Notes under the pieces: generated by a model | Databases searched by the model: none | Told to the model about the DNA's origin: nothing | Seen by the model: only the letters and a program-made list of their open reading frames with translations | Made by a program: the position numbers and the translations under genes | Part shown: in pieces, positions 19,839-29,364 of the stretch | Position numbering within the stretch: the stretch's first letter is position 1 | Layout of the letters: every line of letters starts with the position of its first letter | Assembly (NCBI GenBank): GCA_037143235.1 | Contig: JBAWZC010000001.1 | Location: forward strand, 65,132-129,131 | Reading direction: 5' to 3' | Source of the DNA: Candidatus Berkelbacteria bacterium | GTDB lineage: Bacteria > Patescibacteriota > UBA1384 > XYA2-FULL-43-10 > 1-14-0-10-43-13 | Length of the DNA: 64,000 nucleotides

Positions 19839-21530
19839 TTACTTTTTGTAGTCAAACCTCACATCAATCCGATTGGCGCGCAAAGGCATAAAAGGCATGA
19901 ATGATGGAGAGACAGCTACTTTGGCACTCTCCACACCCTCCATCTTCGAAATTGCTACTTCGGCTGTTATCTTTTTCTTGAAGATAGACTTATCGACAAT
20001 CGTCTTTGCAGCAATTTTTTGACCAGATTGCCCGAGAAAATCAACATCAAGTTTGAGCAATCCCGCAGCTGCATCATTTGACAGCACAGTATAATTGGTT
20101 GTAGCCGCTTCGGGATTGATAATCGTTTTTGAACTTCCCAAATCAGCGGTGGCCAAACTCATCGCAAAATCGTATAAATTTTGTTCAGCAAAACCGAGAA
20201 CAGTCAGCTTGCCGCTGCCAACAGCATCAAATTGGTCTGCCTCGTCATCAGCTTTTTTATTAAACTGGACACTAGTTAATTCGAAGGCAACAGAAGTATC
20301 AATCACCTTTACGCCCTCTTTGGTCGCTTTATCCAATATTTCTGGCTTGCCTTCGGTCAACATCGCATCCTTTATCGCAACATTAGCCTTCTCAATATCC
20401 TCTGCGGTCACGACTTTCACTTCCTTGTCTGTACCACCAGCGGTACTTCCTTTGGCCGAAATCGTACTTGGTTTTCCGGCAACCACAAAGACAGAACCAT
20501 CAGAAAAGTTACCAGCCACACCGCCGGCGACAGCCGTGACTGATCCCTGTATTGTGCCAGCAATAGGCAAACCATTAGAACCGAGTGTGCCCTTCGGAAC
20601 AATGATAGTTTTGTCGACCGTAAAACTAACTTGACCGCTTGTAACCGTAGATCCAGCATTGATCTGTTGATTGTCAACACCATTTGTATTCGAAAATGTC
20701 AGTGTTCCCTTGGCCTTTTCACCATTATTTTTTGTGCCAGTCGCAGGATAAGTTTTGGTCAAGCTTTTATCAAGTAGGACGACGACACCAGGCAAGATAG
20801 CCTTAGCGCTATCGAGAACAGTCGCATTTTTATCGACCACAATCTGGAATTTTTGTTTATACTCAACTGTTTTCATGGTTACAGCAACTGTCGCCGACGG
20901 AATGTAAATAGCCCAAGCGATCAGAGCCAAAAAAACCAGACCGACGAGCCCCATATTCACATATTTTCTGTATTTCGAATTATTCATATCCTTACCTCGC
21001 AATTCTTTAGGTAATTGTCGGTGCAAATAATTTGTATCCTTGCTGTGATCATCAGTAGCGGCTGCCAAGGGTAATGCCTCGCCATCACTAATCTTAATTT
21101 TTCGAACTTTGATCTTGTCTTCAACTTCGACAGACTCATCAGTACCAGTCATTAAGTCAACATCATCATTTACCAGTCTCTCACTTTCGTTCTGGTAATT
21201 ATGAACGCGAAAATTTGGTCGGCTATCAGCCGCAATTGCCTCGGCCGCTGGAGACCAATCAGCATTTTTAACTTCATCAATACTATCAAATGATTCAATG
21301 CCGAGCTGACCAGATAAATTCCTTGTAACGCTGTCGGAAGTAACTATACAAATGCGTTTGTGCGATTCCTTTGCTGCCCGCAGCAATAATTTTAAGTTAA
21401 TCACACTTTGAGCCAATGTCGAATTTCTTGGAATAACGAAAATAAGCTGCTTTTCCTCAGCTTTTTTGAGCTTATCGATAACCTCAGTTATCTCTTCGTT
21501 GATTTCCAAATAAATCGTTTTATTCATCAT
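19839..21530 (-). CDS. Membrane-anchored protein with probable baseplate-J-like extracellular domain
   Basis: IYLEINEEITEVIDKL N-terminal domain, one TM, ATG...AKGTLTFSN, GGTD.EVKVVT.EDI pattern; adjacent to FtsA-like gene. Confidence 0.65.
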   Translation of the reverse strand: MMNKTIYLEINEEITEVIDKLKKAEEKQLIFVIPRNSTLAQSVINLKLLLRAAKESHKRICIVTSDSVTRNLSGQLGIESFDSIDEVKNADWSPAAEAIAADSRPNFRVHNYQNESERLVNDDVDLMTGTDESVEVEDKIKVRKIKISDGEALPLAAATDDHSKDTNYLHRQLPKELRGKDMNNSKYRKYVNMGLVGLVFLALIAWAIYIPSATVAVTMKTVEYKQKFQIVVDKNATVLDSAKAILPGVVVLLDKSLTKTYPATGTKNNGEKAKGTLTFSNTNGVDNQQINAGSTVTSGQVSFTVDKTIIVPKGTLGSNGLPIAGTIQGSVTAVAGGVAGNFSDGSVFVVAGKPSTISAKGSTAGGTDKEVKVVTAEDIEKANVAIKDAMLTEGKPEILDKATKEGVKVIDTSVAFELTSVQFNKKADDEADQFDAVGSGKLTVLGFAEQNLYDFAMSLATADLGSSKTIINPEAATTNYTVLSNDAAAGLLKLDVDFLGQSGQKIAAKTIVDKSIFKKKITAEVAISKMEGVESAKVAVSPSFMPFMPLRANRIDVRFDYKK

Positions 21531-21616
21531 TTTATTAAATTATTTCATCAATCTGTTTAAATCAGTAATCTGTGTGGAATTGTAATCGGTATAGTACTGT
21601 AATCTGTGTTGCGCAT

Positions 21617-22870
21617 TCATCTTCGTAGTCCGTCGGTAATCTTATCCATTATACTACCAACCACACCTTCTTCACCAGCCAAATCAATCGCCAGATTGGC
21701 CAACCCCATCGGCGTGATATCCTGTGCACCAGAGAGCTTGCCAACCTCATCGACGACAGTTGAAACATGTTCAGGCGAGACAAAATCAATCTTCGGATGC
21801 TTGGCAAAAGGCAATCGCTTGCTCCACTCCCTCTTCTCCAGATAATCTTTTATCTCTGGCAGGAGTGATCCGCCGCCACACAACATAATTTTGGATGGCA
21901 ACAAATCAACTTGATTGAACTCTTCGAGAGCAAGTTCAACTCCAGAGAGCCAAACGTCAGAGACATTTTCCAAAGCATCGCTAACTTTTTTTTGCTCTTT
22001 TTCGTCTTCGATCTCGCCCTGAGAATATTTCAGTTTCAATCTTTCGGCGTCGGCAAAAGTCAACTCCAAAGCGTCAGCAATGGCTTTGGTAAAAACTCGT
22101 CCGCCAATTGCGAACATCTTTGTACCATCCAGTCCGCCAGACCGAACCACAGCGATATCGGTCGTACCACCACCAATATCAATAAAAATAGAGGAAAAAT
22201 CTGCCGAGTCGTCCATCCCCACGCACCGAGCGACGGCATATGGCTCGGCCGCCACTGCCAATAAATCAAGACCGAGATTTTCTGCTACTGTTTGCAAAGC
22301 AGATAGATGCAATACAGGCGCAAACGAGTTGTAAATACCAACCTCGACATCTTTGCCCTGAAAACCAACTGGGTTATTGACCTTAAAACCATCGATCTTC
22401 ACATCGACAATCGCCGAATTGACCAACTTCACATTTGGCTCTTCCTGCCCCGTCTCCCACGCCAAGTCGGCGCGTGTTTTTTCAAATGATTTCTCCTGAA
22501 CCTGACCAATAATATTTTTGAGTTCTTCTAGTGTGATATTTTTATCCGGATCAGCTCGATGATAATGAACGGTCGTGGTCGCACCTTTAACTAATTCGCC
22601 AGCAATCCCGATGACACACTGCTCTGGTGCCACGCCAGCCATCTGAAAGGCCTGCTCAAGCGCTTTTTCACAATTCGCCGACACTCCAGCAATATCAGTC
22701 ACATGCCCACCCTGCATGTCAGTCAGACCTTGTCGCTGTTTGCCCACACCAACCACAAACGCTTTGTTATCTTCCAAACGAAAAACTAGCACCTTAACAA
22801 ACTCGGTACCAATATCTAGAGCAATCGCATAATGTTTCTTATTTTTTCCCCAGCCGAACAAGTTCACCAC
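21617..22870 (-). CDS. FtsA-like actin-family ATPase
   Basis: ALDIGTEFVK, IDIGGGTTDIA, FAIGGRVFT, LCGGGSLL. Confidence 0.85.
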   Translation of the reverse strand: MVNLFGWGKNKKHYAIALDIGTEFVKVLVFRLEDNKAFVVGVGKQRQGLTDMQGGHVTDIAGVSANCEKALEQAFQMAGVAPEQCVIGIAGELVKGATTTVHYHRADPDKNITLEELKNIIGQVQEKSFEKTRADLAWETGQEEPNVKLVNSAIVDVKIDGFKVNNPVGFQGKDVEVGIYNSFAPVLHLSALQTVAENLGLDLLAVAAEPYAVARCVGMDDSADFSSIFIDIGGGTTDIAVVRSGGLDGTKMFAIGGRVFTKAIADALELTFADAERLKLKYSQGEIEDEKEQKKVSDALENVSDVWLSGVELALEEFNQVDLLPSKIMLCGGGSLLPEIKDYLEKREWSKRLPFAKHPKIDFVSPEHVSTVVDEVGKLSGAQDITPMGLANLAIDLAGEEGVVGSIMDKITDGLRR

Positions 22871-22933
22871 TCCCTCACTTTCAGTATCTAAAATCTATAT
22901 TGCATTACAATATCATTGTATCACAATCGTCCT

Positions 22934-24826
22934 CTAAGATAATACTGCCTTGATACGCCGTACCCCTGCACTCGAGCTCTCTTCTTTCAAAATCTTGAAA
23001 TGACCAAGCTCACCAGTTCTGTTGGCATGGGGACCGCCACAAATCTCCTTAGAAAAATCATCGACGGTATAAACTTTAACTTTGTCGCCATATTTGGCGT
23101 CAAATACACCCATAGCACCCTGTCCTTTAGCTTCATCCACACTCATCTCTGCCATCTCTACAGGCAGGTCTTTCTCAATTTGTGCGTTCACTAGAGCTTC
23201 GACCTGTTTAATTTGTTCGACAGTCATTTTTTCAGGATAAGAAAAGTCAAATCTGAGTCTTTCTGGCGTGATGTTTGATCCTTTTTGGTAGACATTCTCA
23301 CCCAAAACGAACCGTAAAGCAGCCAACATCAAGTGAGCAGCGGTATGCAACTTCGTTGTTTCTTCTCCAGCATCGGCCAGACCACCCTTGAACATCCCCG
23401 CGGAAGCCGTACGAGACAAATCTTGGTGATTCCTTAGCATCACTTCAAAAGTTTTTCTGGTATTATTTTCTATGGGGATATTTAATCGTGTTGCCTCCTC
23501 TGCACTCAATTCATAAGGAAATCCAAAAGACTGATATAAATTGAAAAATTCTTCAGCAGTAAATTCTACTTTTTTCCACTCTTCTTCATTGCTCTTTGTC
23601 TTCATGGCGGCAATAATTTTAAACTGAAGCAGCCCTCTTGTAAGTGTTCCTCTAAATTTCTCCTCTTCTTTTTCCAACTCGAAGAGAATCATTTTTTGTT
23701 TGTCATCATTTGCTGTCATCTCGAGCGAAGTCGAGAGATCTTTTTCTGTAGATTTCTCCACCCTCTCTTCGAGTGGAGTCGAAATGACAGACCCAAAATA
23801 AACTCCGTTGTAAATCTCGAAAACTTTGCGAGCAACCTTGGCGGTAAAATTCTGTTCAATCCCCAGCTGTTGCCCCTTCACAATCGCCCGCCTGATCAAA
23901 CGACGCAAAACATAGCCTCTATCCTTATTTGAGGGCACGACCCCATCATTGATCATAAATGTGGCAGCTCGAATGTGATCAGCAATTACACGAAAAGATC
24001 TCTCGACTTCACTCGAGATGACAGAGGAAGAGCTATATTTTTTACCAGAAATACTTTCAATTTCTCCCAAAATAACCTCGAATAGATCAGTTTCGTAAAC
24101 ATTATCTCTCCCTTCGAGGTATGCCAGTAAACGCTCTAACCCACCACCAAAATCGACATTTTTTTGTTTCAAAACTTCCAGAGTACCATCAATGTTCTTA
24201 TTAAATTGCATAAAAACATTATTGCCGATTTCTACCCACTTCTTGTCGGCTGGATCATATTTCAGAGGGGCATCCCCTTCACCTGTCCAAACAAATATTT
24301 CGGTATCATGGCCACACGGACCGGTGACACCAGCAGGACCCCACCAGTTGTCTTCATAACCCAAAAACGCAATTCTCTCATCGGGGATACCGAGAGATCG
24401 CCAAATACCCGCAGCCTCCTCGTCCTTAGCAAGATCATTTGCAGAGTCACCCTGAAAACAAGTAACAGCCAGATTCTTCCGATCGATCAAAAGTTCTACC
24501 GTCAAAAATTCATAGATATTTTTGATCGCTTCTTCTTTGAAGTAATCCCCGAGTGACCAATAACCAAGCATCTCAAAAAATGTGCAATGAGTTTTGTCTC
24601 CAACCTCGTCAATATCACCCGTCCTGATGCATTTCTGAACATTACAAAGCCTCTTGCCCGCCGGATGGCCTTCCCCCATCAGATATGGCACCAGAGGGTG
24701 CATACCAGCAGTCGTAAAGAGCACTGTCGGGTCATTTTCTGGCACCAAAGAAGCAGAAGGCACCACTTGGTGCCCCTTTTCTTTGAAGAAATTGATAAAT
24801 TTTTGTCGTAGTTTTATAGAAGTCAT
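22934..24826 (-). CDS. alaS: Alanine--tRNA ligase (short form lacking C-Ala domain)
   Basis: LFTTAGM, HCTFFEMLG, IADHIRA, GYVLRRLIRRA, editing motifs HTAAH and EICGGPH. Confidence 0.97.
   Translation of the reverse strand: MTSIKLRQKFINFFKEKGHQVVPSASLVPENDPTVLFTTAGMHPLVPYLMGEGHPAGKRLCNVQKCIRTGDIDEVGDKTHCTFFEMLGYWSLGDYFKEEAIKNIYEFLTVELLIDRKNLAVTCFQGDSANDLAKDEEAAGIWRSLGIPDERIAFLGYEDNWWGPAGVTGPCGHDTEIFVWTGEGDAPLKYDPADKKWVEIGNNVFMQFNKNIDGTLEVLKQKNVDFGGGLERLLAYLEGRDNVYETDLFEVILGEIESISGKKYSSSSVISSEVERSFRVIADHIRAATFMINDGVVPSNKDRGYVLRRLIRRAIVKGQQLGIEQNFTAKVARKVFEIYNGVYFGSVISTPLEERVEKSTEKDLSTSLEMTANDDKQKMILFELEKEEEKFRGTLTRGLLQFKIIAAMKTKSNEEEWKKVEFTAEEFFNLYQSFGFPYELSAEEATRLNIPIENNTRKTFEVMLRNHQDLSRTASAGMFKGGLADAGEETTKLHTAAHLMLAALRFVLGENVYQKGSNITPERLRFDFSYPEKMTVEQIKQVEALVNAQIEKDLPVEMAEMSVDEAKGQGAMGVFDAKYGDKVKVYTVDDFSKEICGGPHANRTGELGHFKILKEESSSAGVRRIKAVLS
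23714..23789. mobile_element. In-frame inverted repeat pair (MITE/REPIN-like) inside alaS
   Basis: TGTCATCTCGAGCGAAGTCGAGAGATCT...AGATTTCTCCAC...GTCGAAATGACA, translated as VISTPLEERVEKSTEKDLSTSLEMT. Confidence 0.8.
23996..24023. repeat. Single in-frame repeat inside alaS
   Basis: AGATCTCTCGACTTCACTCGAGATGACA, translated as VISSEVERS. Confidence 0.8.
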
Positions 24827-24980
24827 AAATGATACATTTATTTATTCATTTAGCCATTTAGTCATTTAATCATTTATTGAATATTTGATTATTGGTTATT
24901 AACTGATTATTGTCTCTTGGTTATTGTTTCTTGTCTGTTTAGGTCAATTAGAATAATTAAAGCAATTAGATTAATTCTAC

Positions 24981-25664
24981 TTATTTCTTGAGATCCAGTC
25001 CACCAAATATAGTATCAAAAATTCTCATCCATACAAGTCCCTTAACATCAGCCACAGAGTTTTCCTGCGGAGTCACGATATTGACCGTAGGAACAAGGCC
25101 AAGCTCCTTGGGATACATCGTCTCATAAACCTTCATATAGTTTTTTACTCTACGAACATAACTGACGGTTTCACTCTTACTGTTGCTACCGATGATCTTC
25201 TCAAAAATATTTCTCGACACCCAGCCATCAACAGTTCCGCCTCCGGCGTTGTATGCTGCCAGCGCTTTATCGAAATCGCCATTGTATTTTACCAACATAT
25301 CGTGAAGATGAGCTGCGCCGAACTCAATCGATGTTTCAGGATCAAAGATGTTGTAGTTAGGATACCTACCAGTCTCTTTGGCCATCGTCTTGGCAGTACT
25401 CGGCATAAATTGCATAATACCCTGAGCCCCAGCCCCCGACTTTGCATTTGGATTGAAACGACTTTCTTGTAAGATCACTGCTGCGACTAATGCAGGTGAT
25501 ACATCCCACTTATTTGAATATTTGACGATCAAATCCTCATATTTAAGTGGGTATACTTCATCAGCCAACATTCCCGGCAACCAAAAATAGCCCCCTATTA
25601 AAAAGGCAAAAGCAATTCCCAAAAATATAAATAATTTTATTTGCTTGCGCTTCTTTGTCATCAT
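24981..25664 (-). CDS. Lytic transglycosylase (SLT domain)
   Basis: AVILQESRF, SGAGAQGIMQFMPST, ALAAYNAG, ETVSYV; N-terminal TM. Confidence 0.93.
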   Translation of the reverse strand: MMTKKRKQIKLFIFLGIAFAFLIGGYFWLPGMLADEVYPLKYEDLIVKYSNKWDVSPALVAAVILQESRFNPNAKSGAGAQGIMQFMPSTAKTMAKETGRYPNYNIFDPETSIEFGAAHLHDMLVKYNGDFDKALAAYNAGGGTVDGWVSRNIFEKIIGSNSKSETVSYVRRVKNYMKVYETMYPKELGLVPTVNIVTPQENSVADVKGLVWMRIFDTIFGGLDLKK

Positions 25665-25712
25665 CTAAATTATAACACAAAAGATATTTCAAAGTAAAAA
25701 TGATTGGGATTA

Positions 25713-25740
25713 CACCCCCTCCTACCTCAGGGAGGGGGTG
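25713..25740. terminator. GC-rich hairpin (terminator or repeat)
   Basis: CACCCCCTCCT-ACCTC-AGGGAGGGGGTG at the 3' end of the 25722-26099 ORF. Confidence 0.45.
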
Positions 25741-26099
25741 CCGATTTGTAGCAATGACAGGATTTGTTGCGCCACTGGCGCAATCTTGATCGTGGCATCG
25801 ACCCGGCATAAGCAAGAAATCTTGTCGGGGTCAGCTTCAATTCTGATTTGGTAAATTGAAGCAACCAAATCACCGAAGATTGACTCATCATTAGCCATCT
25901 TCCTTCCGATCAGGAACGAATGGTTAATCGAACGTGCGATCTTCGCATTCAAAAACAAAATTTCATTCGTCCCAGATGGCTTTACGCCACCAAAACAAGT
26001 CAATACTTGCCTGTCTTTTGCCTCCACTAGGTGGAGATAAATCAGGCCATCATAAACAACGACGCCATAAACACCGTGATACACTGTTCGTATCTCCAC
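25722..26099 (-). CDS. Hypothetical protein
   Basis: ORF with AAGGAGGTG RBS upstream of a GTG start. Confidence 0.6.
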   Translation of the reverse strand: MEIRTVYHGVYGVVVYDGLIYLHLVEAKDRQVLTCFGGVKPSGTNEILFLNAKIARSINHSFLIGRKMANDESIFGDLVASIYQIRIEADPDKISCLCRVDATIKIAPVAQQILSLLQIGTPSLR

Positions 26100-26193
26100 T
26101 CTACACCTCCTTTATTTTGTCCCTTGATCGGACAAAATACGACCAGACGACACTATGAAATCGTCCCACTTCACAATATCCAACTTTCTCTAA

Positions 26194-26952
26194 CTATGGT
26201 CTCAAAGTGCCGGCAAAAACCTGCCAAGCCAAAAGTGATTTCGCTACGAGAGACAAGACGATATAGACCCACTCACCGTAGATATAATTCTTCCATTTGC
26301 CAACCTTTTTGTACTGCAAAACTTGGTTGACCGCGAAAATATTGAAGAAGACAAACATAGAAAAGAAAATCCAATAGACAAATGTTGGCGGGTTGCTGAC
26401 ACTACCAGGACTCCACAAATACAAACCGATTGCCAACCATGGGGCGATACCAGCGATACAACCGAAAATAAACGCTGTCCAATTGGTCTTTTGCGTCGAC
26501 TGATTGTGCAGCTCCATCATCCAACCAAAGAGAATCATCGAAACATTGGCAAAGAAAATACCGATCAAGGCCGCGCTATCTGTAATTCCAACCAATTCAG
26601 AGATAACAAGGATCATTACCGACGAACTGAAGGCATACTCGATCCAACGAGCATAGTTTGCACCTTTGGCCAAATTTTTATTGTACCAACCATTAATACC
26701 TGGCAAGGAAATCAACAAATGAGCCAGAGAAGACATAAATAAAAATGTTGCAATCATCGGTGCCAACGGAACCTCAAACCAAGTCTTGGGATCAGGCACC
26801 AGGGTTTGCGTTGCTGGATTGAACTTCAAAAAAGAATTTACAACTGGTACTTTCATATCTGTAGACAGTACCATCATCGCTACGCCCTGCACAAAATGCA
26901 GACAGGACATAAAAATATTAAACTTCCGCAAGCGCACGAACTCTTTTTCCAC
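26194..26952 (-). CDS. Heliorhodopsin
   Basis: N-terminal LRKFN..MSCLHFVQ, NYARWIEYAFSSSVM, FFNIFAVNQVLQY, GEWVYIVLSLVAKSLLAWQVF with the retinal-binding Lys; seven hydrophobic segments. Confidence 0.93.
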   Translation of the reverse strand: MEKEFVRLRKFNIFMSCLHFVQGVAMMVLSTDMKVPVVNSFLKFNPATQTLVPDPKTWFEVPLAPMIATFLFMSSLAHLLISLPGINGWYNKNLAKGANYARWIEYAFSSSVMILVISELVGITDSAALIGIFFANVSMILFGWMMELHNQSTQKTNWTAFIFGCIAGIAPWLAIGLYLWSPGSVSNPPTFVYWIFFSMFVFFNIFAVNQVLQYKKVGKWKNYIYGEWVYIVLSLVAKSLLAWQVFAGTLRP

Positions 26953-26989
26953 TTGGACTCCTTTGATTAAAAAGTAATTAATTATTGTT

Positions 26990-27607
26990 TTATCTGCTTA
27001 TACAGGTACCGACAACTGGATATTTCGTAATAGCCGAAAGGGCATGTCTGGTAAAAAAATCATTTGTCAGATCTTGCCCGGCAGCGTGTCCGTAATGATA
27101 ACCATTTTTGAAAACAGAAGAGAGATCGTAAACAGTCCCATTGACGGCCAGATAAGCCGCTACGCCGTTTTTACCATTATACTGCGCCAATTGAGACGCT
27201 GTAAATGTTCGCGTGGTGCTAGAACTTGATATTTGAGATGTTGAAGAAGTCGATGTGTCAGAGGCAACACTGACGACCTGACCACCCTCCTCACTCTCTC
27301 CTTTGCCATAATACCGGTCAACATAAACAAAACCGATGACAAAAGTCATGTATACCAACAATAAAACTATTTTGGAGAATATATTCCAAAAGGACCACCG
27401 CTTCAATGCCAGATGAATAGCAAAAGAAGTATGAATAACGAAAGAAATCAACAGCATGTAAGTCAAAATATTGTTATGAATCGTCGTCGCCCACGAAGCA
27501 TCTATGATCCCCTTCGTCATACCATAACCGCTTATAATATAAAGAAAGAGTGTGATCAACAACACCCAAGCCGCGATGCGATCAAGTTTAATTAACATTT
27601 TCATCAT
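26990..27607 (-). CDS. Membrane protein with His-bearing helices fused to a cytochrome b5-like heme/steroid-binding domain
   Basis: Three TMs with His residues (TIHN, VIHT), Ser/Thr linker, FTASQLAQYNGKNG..AYLAVNGTVYDLS...H.GH.AGQDLT. Confidence 0.85.
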   Translation of the reverse strand: MMKMLIKLDRIAAWVLLITLFLYIISGYGMTKGIIDASWATTIHNNILTYMLLISFVIHTSFAIHLALKRWSFWNIFSKIVLLLVYMTFVIGFVYVDRYYGKGESEEGGQVVSVASDTSTSSTSQISSSSTTRTFTASQLAQYNGKNGVAAYLAVNGTVYDLSSVFKNGYHYGHAAGQDLTNDFFTRHALSAITKYPVVGTCISR

Positions 27608-27622
27608 AATATGAAAACTCCT

Positions 27623-27708
27623 CAGCTTCTCAGTTTGTCAACTTTCTAACTTATCAGCTTAAACACTTACTGGCTTATCAGCTTAAACTCTTACCAGTTT
27701 ACTCGCTT
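27623..27708. repeat. 8-bp periodic degenerate tandem repeat (TTAtcAGC/TTAAACAC)
   Basis: Same units recur at 28136-28169 and 50589-50653. Confidence 0.75.
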
Positions 27709-27736
27709 CTGTCATCTCGAGCCCCCCCCTTTTTTT

Positions 27737-28057
27737 TGTCATCTCGAGCTTGTCGAGAGATCTTTCAACTCTGGATTCATCTCACAAATCAGAGCTAATT
27801 TCTTTGACCGACTCCATCTTTTTAACTGTTTTTCTCTTTCTAATATTACTTTAACATCATTTGATAATTCGAAATATACTAATTTATGGCATCTGTATTT
27901 CTTTGTAAATCCATCGACTAAATTGTTCTTATGCTCATATACTCTTCGGACAAGATCATTGGTCATGCCGATATACAACACATTACTAAAACTGGCCACA
28001 ATATAAACATAATATGTTTTATCTTGCATAAGATTTCTCCACAAGGTCGAAATGACA
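27737..28057. mobile_element. GIY-YIG gene bounded by inverted TGTCAT-tailed hairpins
   Basis: Left TGTCATCTCGAGCTTGTCGAGAGATCT (27737-27763), right AGATTTCTCCACAAGGTCGAAATGACA (28031-28057); extra partial left end at 27710-27722. Confidence 0.7.
27739..28029 (-). CDS. Stand-alone GIY-YIG nuclease
   Basis: YYVYIVAS...LYIGMTNDLVRRVYEHK...FTKKY...KLVYFE...REKQLKRWSRSKK...NP.LKDL; start at MQDKT. Confidence 0.93.
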   Translation of the reverse strand: MQDKTYYVYIVASFSNVLYIGMTNDLVRRVYEHKNNLVDGFTKKYRCHKLVYFELSNDVKVILEREKQLKRWSRSKKLALICEMNPELKDLSTSSR

Positions 28058-28173
28058 GGAGTGTGATGGTCCAAACAACAGAAAAACCGGATGAAACGAC
28101 ACTGATTCAGCTAACTGGCTTTCTGGTATAAACAATTATTAGCTTAAACACTTACTAGCTTATCAGCTTGTTT

Positions 28174-29364
28174 CTATTCATATCTCAAAACATCCAAAGA
28201 CTTGACTCTGACTGCCCTTCTGGCCGGATAAATGCCAGTCAAAATACCAATCAATACCGAAATAATGACAATCGCAATGATAAAATATGTAGGGTAATAG
28301 AAAATTGAGACAGCTTCCCCTCCCATACTGGTCGCATAATGATTCAAAACCATATTTACCGCATTTCCTGATAACACGCCCAAAATTAGACCAAGCACAC
28401 CACCCGTCACACCCAGCAAGACGGACTCAGTCAGAAAAATGCTATTAATATCATGGCTCCTCATCCCGAGCATTTTCATCAGCGCAATCTCCTTAATTCT
28501 CTCAAGCAAGGAGATTGTTAAAGTGTTGAACATGCCCAAAACCGCCACAATCAGAGTGATCAAACCAAATGCTGCCAATATAGCACGAAATATGCCGAAA
28601 ACTTGGTTAATTTGAGCAACGGTATCACCGACATATTGAGTTTTTAACCCCATATTTTCAATCTGTCTTCTGATTTCAGGCACTTTATCTTTGGCCAAGA
28701 CCTCAACTTTAAACTGGCCAAACGATGTCACTCCCATCGCTCGAAGATTGTTTAGATTGGTATAAACCTTCATTGACGATTCATCGTTTGTCACGCCAAC
28801 CACTTTATATTTCTGGTCGGAGATTTGCACATTTTCAGATTTATCTACCAATTCTTTGGGGATGACAATATCGAACGAGATCTCCTTCCCCATTACCTCG
28901 CTTTCGCTAATATTTAAAAATTTTACAAAAGCAGTATTGATAATCATTTCATTGTCTTTACCAACCAGAGAAGCTCCTTTGGCTATCTTAATACCAGATT
29001 TATCTAAATAGGCCTTGTCGGCTCCGTAAAAGGAAACGTCCACATTCCTTTCGCCAATTTCTGATTTTGCCCCTACGGTGACCAATCCATAAACATTTCC
29101 GACACCACCAATCCCTTTAATATTTGAGGCCGTTGTGTCAGTCAATTTAATAATTTGTGAGTTCCCCGTGCCAACATCCACCAATTTAAAAGCATCACCA
29201 CTCGTTACCTCGTTTGTCACCAGCCGTTCGATACCAAAAGCAAATGCGACCAAAAATACAATCGCCGAGATACCGATGACAACACCCATCAAAGTCAATA
29301 TTGCTCTCAGGCGGTGCAGTTTCAGGTTACGAAAGGCAAATTTCAATATAAATATCTTATCCAT
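28174..29364 (-). CDS. ABC transporter permease, MacB/FtsX family
   Basis: RAILTLMGVVIGI, NTLTISLLERIKEIALMKMLG, GIYPARRA...LRYE. Confidence 0.93.
   Translation of the reverse strand: MDKIFILKFAFRNLKLHRLRAILTLMGVVIGISAIVFLVAFAFGIERLVTNEVTSGDAFKLVDVGTGNSQIIKLTDTTASNIKGIGGVGNVYGLVTVGAKSEIGERNVDVSFYGADKAYLDKSGIKIAKGASLVGKDNEMIINTAFVKFLNISESEVMGKEISFDIVIPKELVDKSENVQISDQKYKVVGVTNDESSMKVYTNLNNLRAMGVTSFGQFKVEVLAKDKVPEIRRQIENMGLKTQYVGDTVAQINQVFGIFRAILAAFGLITLIVAVLGMFNTLTISLLERIKEIALMKMLGMRSHDINSIFLTESVLLGVTGGVLGLILGVLSGNAVNMVLNHYATSMGGEAVSIFYYPTYFIIAIVIISVLIGILTGIYPARRAVRVKSLDVLRYE

Noticed and set aside
19839-21530. Prophage or tailocin suggested by the baseplate-J-like gene
   Set aside because: No other phage structural, terminase or integrase genes; the protein has a TM and sits among cell-shape genes.
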